The translations under genes were made by a program, and so were the position numbers. A stretch of DNA of 64,000 bases from Hydrolagus affinis. Lineage: Eukaryota. The number at the start of each line of letters is the position of its first letter. The first letter of the stretch is position 1. The stretch lies in assembly GCA_012026655.1 (NCBI GenBank), contig JAAILG010000201.1, positions 62,001 to 126,000 of the forward strand. The letters run 5' to 3'. Below are positions 56,980-64,000 of this stretch, one piece after another. The notes under the pieces were generated by a model. It was not told the origin of the DNA and ran no database searches. It worked only from the letters and a program-made list of their open reading frames with translations.

Positions 56980-57622
56980 AAAGAACAGCTTTTAAAAGAT
57001 GCAAAATGCAGTTTCAAATCAGTGGTCTCATCCAGGAATAAGTACACATCTGTGTCCTCAACATGTTTCTTCAAATATGTTTCACGTTCAGGAATAACCT
57101 TCAAATACGTATTAAGATGCCAAGGATGGTGTTGGAATAGCTGTTTCCTGTACTTGTACAGAAACTCTTGTAGCTTCTTACAGCAGCTTCTTCAAGCGGT
57201 ATGTCTGCTCTCATCAAACACTGCACAAATACCAATATCAATTCATTCCTCTCTAGAGGACACAGTGGCTCAAGCAAGTTGTCAGAGCAAGTTGTTTTTA
57301 AGGTCCAGATCCAACTAGTAAGGAAAAAATAAAAATTGATCTTCATGATGTATTTGTCATTAGAAATGTTCTGTCAAATGCAATTTTAAAAACAAAAAGG
57401 TGGGAGATTAACTTGTTATCAGAGAAATTAAGATTTTCTTTCAAAATTAAAGTGAAAGCAACTAATGATCCAGTTGCATTTAACATAGATATGTCAGAAG
57501 TACTTTACCTTCATTTTTTTCATTATTGCTGCTGCCATGCGTTCACATCAATGGTGTACTTGCGAACATGGTCAATTATGTGACAGCAAATGCGGCAAAA
57601 CAACTGCCCCTCTTCATAAGAG
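56980..57622 (-). pseudogene. Degenerate CGGBP1-like hAT transposase gene with a predicted intron at 57315-57508
   Basis: Minus-strand peptides in colinear order: [23 protein letters not shown] (BED-type finger), *KQLALTTCLSH, RNELILVFVQCLMRADIPLEE, KLQEFLYKY, VYLFLDETTD. Frameshifts and stops are present. Confidence 0.75.
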
Positions 57623-57624
57623 TC

Positions 57625-57932
57625 ATCATCCTTGCATTTGAGTTTGATATAGCACATTTCATATCTTCTAGACGTCTCAAAGCGCTTCACAGAATACACT
57701 GTAAAGTGAATTGACTGTATATGTAGACTGAACACGGCAGCCAATTGCACACAGCAGTGTCCCACAAACGGTCATGGATCGAAAAGACTTAATTTTTTTT
57801 TGAGGAATTATCAGGCGTGTGGAGTAAGGAAACTTGCCCAAGGCTTCTTCCTGCCTGAAATCGAACCCAGGTTTTTCGCTTGTCATCCATAACTATGTGA
57901 AAAGCGCTATATCAAATGCAAGGATTATTATT
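57625..57932 (-). mobile_element. SINE (minus, 57625-57885) plus a short plus-strand SINE tail (57895-57932), at the 5' end of the CGGBP1-like relic
   Basis: Standard SINE body and head remnant, followed by an inverted tail gtgaaaagcgctatatcaaatgcaaggattatta. Confidence 0.85.
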
Positions 57933-58309
57933 AAGTCAAACAAACAGATATTGCAATAAACATTTTGTGAATGCCTTTTACATGACAGTATTTGCAAAAA
58001 TAACTTGCAATGCTACAGTACTGTACTTAAAATGCAAGGGCAACTATGTCCAGATAGTGGCAGCAAACCACAACAAAGAACATAACCTCTGCTCCTGTTG
58101 TTGAATACACAGTATTTACACATTCTTTATGCGATCTACAAGTTTGCTAGTTCCACACTTTGGCTTCCTCCTGGCTAATGAGAAAAGGAAATAGAGTTAA
58201 AGACTCTGGCAATACTGAGGAGATATTTATATTCAACATGCTGTAATTAGAGATGAACAATAAATCATAGATGACATTTTAATATGAATTTCCTACCTAT
58301 AAAGAGGCA

Positions 58310-58525
58310 TAATAATAATCCTTGCATTTTATGTAGCACTTTTCACGTCTTCTGGACGTTTCAAAGTGCTTCACAGAATATACTGTAAAGTAAATTGACG
58401 GTATATATTTAGGTAAAACGTGGCAGTCAACTGCACATATCAGTGTCCCACAAACGGTCGTGGATTGAAATGGCCAATTTATTATTGGTATTTTTAGGGA
58501 TTATTATTAGGTGTGTGGAGTAAAG
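58310..58525 (-). mobile_element. SINE lacking tRNA head
   Basis: (AAT)n tail plus body motif. Confidence 0.83.
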
Positions 58526-58529
58526 GATT

Positions 58530-58772
58530 GTTGACATGACCTCAGGAGAACCTCCCTTCACTTTTCTAATAGTGTTAATGGATTTTTGACATTCACCTGA
58601 ATAGACAGACTGGACATTGGTTTATCATCCAAAGGACAATATCTTCAACAATGCCCCCACCCACCCAGCAATGCATTAGAGTATAGCACAGACTGTGAAT
58701 TCAATCCCCCATGTGGGGTTTGATCCCACAACCTTCTGACTCAAAGGTGAGAGTGCCACCAACTGAGTCAGT
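58530..58772 (-). mobile_element. Older DeuSINE 5' part (tRNA head plus Deu domain)
   Basis: Head ctcagttggtggcactctcacctttgagtcagaaggttgtggga plus degenerate Deu core. Confidence 0.65.
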
Positions 58773-60389
58773 ATGAATCAAGGCAATGGAAAGTCAAATC
58801 TGGAACTGGTGCTGTTTTTCTTTGATTCACATTGATGGGTTAAAGGATGCTTTTTTTTCTCCTATCAAATGATATCTCTCATTTTGATTCCTCCCAAAAA
58901 GTCAACAATTGCGCTGCTATATCTGAGATATCTGCTTCCAATTTTATCTCTCAACTTGCATTTCAATTAATTCAGAATAATGGAAGACACTTGGTATAAC
59001 TCAAAATGTTGCATCCCTGAATGGTAGGAGTCTTGCCATAGTTTTAATCTGTGGAACTGGATGACACTATCCTGTAACATAAGACATAATGATCTGGTCA
59101 CTGTCGACTCCAGATTCAAGTTATTAGGATATAATGTAAACGCTTTTAGATTTCTCCTGTAACAATATATATGTTGCCTTTACCGAATCAGCCTGACTTA
59201 ACATTTAATTCCAAATTTGGACTTTAAAAGAACTCCTGGTTAGTCTTATCTTAAACCATCGACTCTCACACCAGGAGTAAAATTTATAATAATTGAAAAT
59301 TATTTCTAGTAATGGAAGAATCTACCCTAAAACATATCTTTGTGATCATGTTCTTGGTCAAGACCTTTAAATCACATCTCCATTTTTCCCTGCACAGTGA
59401 TCTTCGTCGACTTTATGAATCACTTTGAGACATTCATCCAATCTGAAAAGTGATATATACTGTAAATACAATTTTTAGTTGAGGTTGAGGTGCTCCAATA
59501 AACGTCAAGTGTGCCATTGTAATCACATGACGGTCTTGGAACATTCATTGTACTGTATTGCCTTTCTGCTGTTCCGTATTTAGATTTCTTAATCAATGAC
59601 AAAACAAAATGTCACCAACACATTAGAAAAAAATCAAGGTAAACATATGGAAACACTTAAAATCAAGCCCTATGTTCTCAACATTGAAAAGGCTGTGTTT
59701 GCAGCCCAAGAGTCACATTCAGCTGGCAGCATAGCAACGTCACTTGCAACAGCTGTGCATAGTGGGATACATCCATTTCAAGCTGCTCCTCTGTTTATTT
59801 CCGTGAACACGATTATTATAAAATTAGATTTTATTTTTTAAAAATCACTCTTTTCAAAGGCCGTTCAAACTCAAGTTTACTGCCAGAATAAAAGGACTCG
59901 GTGTATTGGATACGGGGGTCAAGAGCAGCAAGTCAGGTTGGCGTGTGAGCTGACTTGGGTCAAGGAGCAAAGATTAGCTTTAGGAGCTCAGCTGAGAACA
60001 GCAGGAGCAGGTTGAGTTTGGCCTTGGAGTGAGAATTGAGAGAGTACATAATTAGTACCTCATATGCAAGCATGTATCAGGTACCCAGCAGACCAAAATA
60101 ACGCTACTTAGAGTGTGCAAATTATAACAACAATTTGTAATTTTATAGCACCTTTCACGCGGGGTACCTACTATCGTGGAGTGCTGGAACTATTCCTAAT
60201 ATGCAGATTTCTGGGATTCACTGTGTTTAGCTGCTTTCAGTTCATTGTTTTCTTTTAAACATTGAAGCTGTGTACACAGACATAACAGTATAATTTGTGG
60301 GTTAGCTACAGGAACGTATCATTATCATTTCAGTCACTTGCGCTTTGAATCAATGATTTAATAATAGTCACAGAATCTCTTTCAAAACA

Positions 60390-60740
60390 CTGTACAGCTG
60401 ATAGACATTGCAGTGCTGACACTAACGAAACATACACTGCATTGCTGGCAGTACCATCCTTTGGAATGAGATGTCAAACTGAGGCCCCATCGGACTGTTC
60501 AGGTAGAAGTTAATGATTCCATGGCACTACAGAAAACATAAGGGAGTTTCTCCCCGTGTTCTGGCCAACATGTCCTCAGCTACAATTGAGCATTCACTTC
60601 ATGGCTGTTTGTGGGCATTGCTGTGTGCAAACTGACCGCCGCATCCGCCTACAAATACGCAGTCATCACACTCTATAGTAGATTCTGCGATGCTCTTCGA
60701 GATGTACACCTGACTTAAAAGGCGCTTTTATTGCTTGTTG
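60390..60740 (+). mobile_element. Older DeuSINE copy with recognisable Deu domain
   Basis: cctttggaatgagatgtcaaactgaggcccc...ttcaggtagaagttaatgattccatggcacta...ccccgtgttctggccaaca resembles the Deu-domain core of SacSINE1/AmnSINE1, followed by the shared body and tail. Confidence 0.75.
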
Positions 60741-62639
60741 GTAAAGCAAAAGTATTTAATTGTAGAGTGGAAAGAAATTTATGGCGAAGGGAATATGCTA
60801 CAGTAAAGTGCTCGAGGATGTGTAATGGACATTTCTATGCTACAGAAGATCCAATTCGAGAGCTATTATGAAGTGAAGATGACTGTTAAGGACTATCAGT
60901 CAAGGGGGAGACATTATGGGAAACAGTTGACTTCAAAGAGTAGATATTAGACTGGATATTGTGCAATAGACAGAGAAACTAGAGGAAGAAAAAACACAAA
61001 GATTAAATAGTGGAGTCCTGTAATAATAATAATCGTTGTATTTGATATAGCGCTTTATCACGTCTTCGAGCGTTTCAAAGCGCTTCACAGAATATACTGT
61101 AAAATGCATTTACTGTGAAATACACCCACCAGCAGAAAATTACACTGAGTTCAATTTTCAGAAACAATTGCCCTGGACAGCAAAAGCCTTCTCTGAAAAA
61201 AAAAGTTAGGCCAGTGAGGGATCTTCGGTTCTTTAAATAACTGTGATTCATCTCCTGAGTTACAGGCACATACCCTTTAAAGTTAAGTCTTGCTCTTGTA
61301 ATCTCTACATGAGCCGAAACGGTACAAGAAGTGCTGCTCACTCACACGACATCTGATAGTCTAGTCTGCCTGGAATCCTCTTTCATTGCAGAATAAAGCA
61401 CAGCAGAGCAGGTCTTCCAAATTCGCTGATAAATCTGAAGCTTGTCCTGTCCTAAATAAAGAAACACGACAGAGAGAAGGAGAGAGGAGTGGATCAAGCT
61501 TGCAGATTGAAGAACAACATGTGGTGTATGATATATAAAAGCGTGTAATGCAATGGAGAGGAGTCAGCAACAACTCTGAGAGCAGTCAGGATGTATTTTA
61601 TAAGGCCGGGTCAGGACAAAAACACTTAAAATTTGACTCATTAGGCAATCAACAAACTCCATTTCTCTCCTATGCCTTATAAACAAATCTTTCCCTTAAT
61701 TGCTTATAGACCTGGACACAACCTGAGCACAATTACAAATTAGGATTTGTCCCAGGACACAAAAACAAAAACAAAATCACATTTGTAGAGTGCCTTTCAT
61801 GTCAGGAGGACATCCCAAGGCACTGGGGCACACATACATATAAGAAAATATCCCAGTCGTTGTTTTATTCAATGTGTCAACGTAGATTGACTGCATCTCT
61901 TATCATATCAATCATCAAGGTCCTAGCTGTTGCACTTGACTACACTATTGTTGTCGCTTGATAATGAAAAAATTATATTTTTAAAAAATTTGGCTACACA
62001 ATTTGTACTTGGGACATGCTGTGTGAAATTGCTGCATTTCACCCACAAAATACAGTCACTACACTTTAAAACATATTCTTTGAAGCGCTTTCAGATGGAT
62101 CAATGATGTCATAAGACTCTATATCAAATGCAAGGATTGTTATTATCACAGCCTTAATTGGGTTTATAGGAAAAAATATAACTGCTATTAGTGGCAGCAC
62201 ATTTAAATCTCATTGACAACCATTGACTCAATTTATCTTCTTTCCCTTTTCATCAACAACAGTATATTATTTAGATAAAGCTTTAAACATTTCGGAGTCA
62301 CACAATTCTCGTTATCTTTGTGTTTCTAGTATCAAATAAATCATTTAGAATCAATTCAATCTTTCTCTGTCAATTGTCCCTCATCTCTTATTACCCCCAG
62401 ACAACATATCTAAGAGACTCTTTTTCAATCGAATGTCAGTGATTACTAATATTATTATTGATAATAATACTACTATTAATAATAATCATTGCATTTGATA
62501 AAGAGTCATTGACATCCAGCGGACATCTCAAAGTGTTTCACAGAACATACTGGAAAGTATAGTGACTGTGTTCTTTGAAGGCGCACGCCCAAATATTGTA
62601 GGGCATGAAGGGGGAAAAACATACTTATAGATGATTATC

Positions 62640-63400
62640 TGTCTGAATAAGAAGTGTCACGGGGAATGAATCCTGGGTCAAACAGGAGAGAATTGAGCAG
62701 CAGCAGCACCTCATAAGCTAGTTCTTTATACTGTATATAATTGACCTGGATTCTCTACTGAGGGAAAGGAGGTGAGAGACAGGTGACGTCAAGCTGAGAG
62801 GAACTGTGGAATCTGAAGGGGCAGCCAAAGTCATACAAAGTGATCTCCACAGGATAATCACTTTGGGCTGAGGTTCAAGGCAAAGGAACTGCCCGTTGGC
62901 AGTAAATATAGGAGACATGGAGAGGACAGAATTTGCCAAGGGAGAAGTTGAAAGAGAACCGGGGATGTTTATTAACTCACGACTCAACGTGTGCAAACAG
63001 CCTGAGGCAGCAATAAACAAATCAAGGGGGTCACATTGCCAAATCAGTAGAGTTAAAATTCTCAGAAGTCCTATTGAAAGTGTTCCAATTATGCTACTCC
63101 TGGAGGTAGTGTACAACATAGGTGGCAATCCAACAGACTTTGACTTGAGACTGACCCGGGGAGAGCAGCGAGTGATAAATGAAGGAGCTGAATAATCCTT
63201 GAAAAAGAGACATCTCTGAAGAGACCTCAAGGAGCTATGCAGGATGCTTAACAAGACAGAGAAAGCAGCAGGGCAAGAGGGTGTATGTTATTAATTGTGG
63301 ATATGTTTAGGAAAGGCATCAAGGAATATTTTTTTTTGCAGAGGGTACATGCTGAAACAATTCACTGTAACGTTGAGGCTAGGATATTGGATTACGTTAA
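62640..63400 (+). mobile_element. CR1 LINE ORF2 C-terminal fragment, degenerate
   Basis: Plus-strand GDVKLRGTVESEGAAKVIQSDL and EREPGMFINSRLNVCKQPEAAINKS resemble CR1 RT motifs ADDTKLGG..LQ.DL and ERDLGV....L..S.QC.AA..KA. Confidence 0.7.
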
Positions 63401-63659
63401 GAGAAAGCTCCACGCTAGTAGGATTGGTATTCTGGAAGGACAAGATTAAATAAGGCTAAAAGGTATATGAAGTGAAAGCACTATATTAAATATTAGGTTT
63501 GTTGTTACAGTATTATCATTTGCATCATTGTACCTCTATATGTATTTTATCAGCTCATTAAATAGATTGGAACATTACTAAACAATTCCTCACAAAATTA
63601 CTCAACAAACCTTGGTTGTGCGTAAGCTTCAATGAGATAAAATTGATTTTTTTACTACA

Positions 63660-63925
63660 GTTTGTGAGACGTGTTTGTGGGGAGAGGGAGAGAGGTGGCC
63701 GTAAGCACGGTCGAAAAGTTTCAGTTGGGAACTTGAAAAGGGGAGAGGGAGGGCAAGGCATGGGTTGGGCAAGAGTGTCCCAGAGTTTGGGGGTATAGTG
63801 GCTGAAAGTATGACCACTGGTGGAGGGGCGGAGTGTGCGGGGAACGGACAGGAGGCTGGAGTCAGTAGAGCGGACATGCCTGGTGGTGGATTGGGGATAA
63901 GGCATTGTCTGAGCGGGTGCCATCC
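63660..63925 (-). mobile_element. L2 3' fragment
   Basis: RSTDSSLLSVPRT...TFSHYTPKLWDTL peptide. Confidence 0.75.
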
Positions 63926-64000
63926 ATAAGATAAGACGTCAATCTTAGGACCCATCTGCCTGTTCAAGTAGATATTAAAGATCCCATTGCACTCTTTGAA

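Noticed and set aside
62718-63254. 178-aa minus-strand ORF
   Set aside because: It is antisense to a degenerate CR1 RT fragment and has no recognisable domain.

Overview
AT-rich vertebrate genomic DNA. The repeat content (tRNA-derived Deu-type SINEs with (ATT)n tails, L2 LINEs with (TTG)n tails, CR1, Penelope-like remnants) points to a cartilaginous fish, probably a holocephalan; that assignment is inference. The window holds one complete protein-coding gene on the minus strand, LMTK2 (lemur tyrosine kinase 2). I assembled 14 GT-AG exons by hand from ATG 51277 to TAA 3796 (4752 nt, 1583 aa, all phases consistent), with a CpG-island promoter (~51150-51870) and a ~3.7 kb 3'UTR ending near an AATAAA at 116-121. 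Main observations: (1) the near-invariant catalytic-loop Asn is Ser here (HSDLALRS instead of HSDLALRN); (2) a decayed, intron-containing CGGBP1-like hAT transposase gene lies ~6 kb upstream, with BED finger, ADIPLEE block and DETTD catalytic motif; (3) a young 310-bp hAT MITE with an 8-bp TSD; (4) hammerhead-ribozyme cores in Penelope-like remnants; (5) a 72-bp near-perfect palindrome; (6) several candidate unannotated exons. No rRNA, true tRNA or CRISPR features were found. Repeat boundaries are approximate. All family assignments come from recalled motifs, not database searches.
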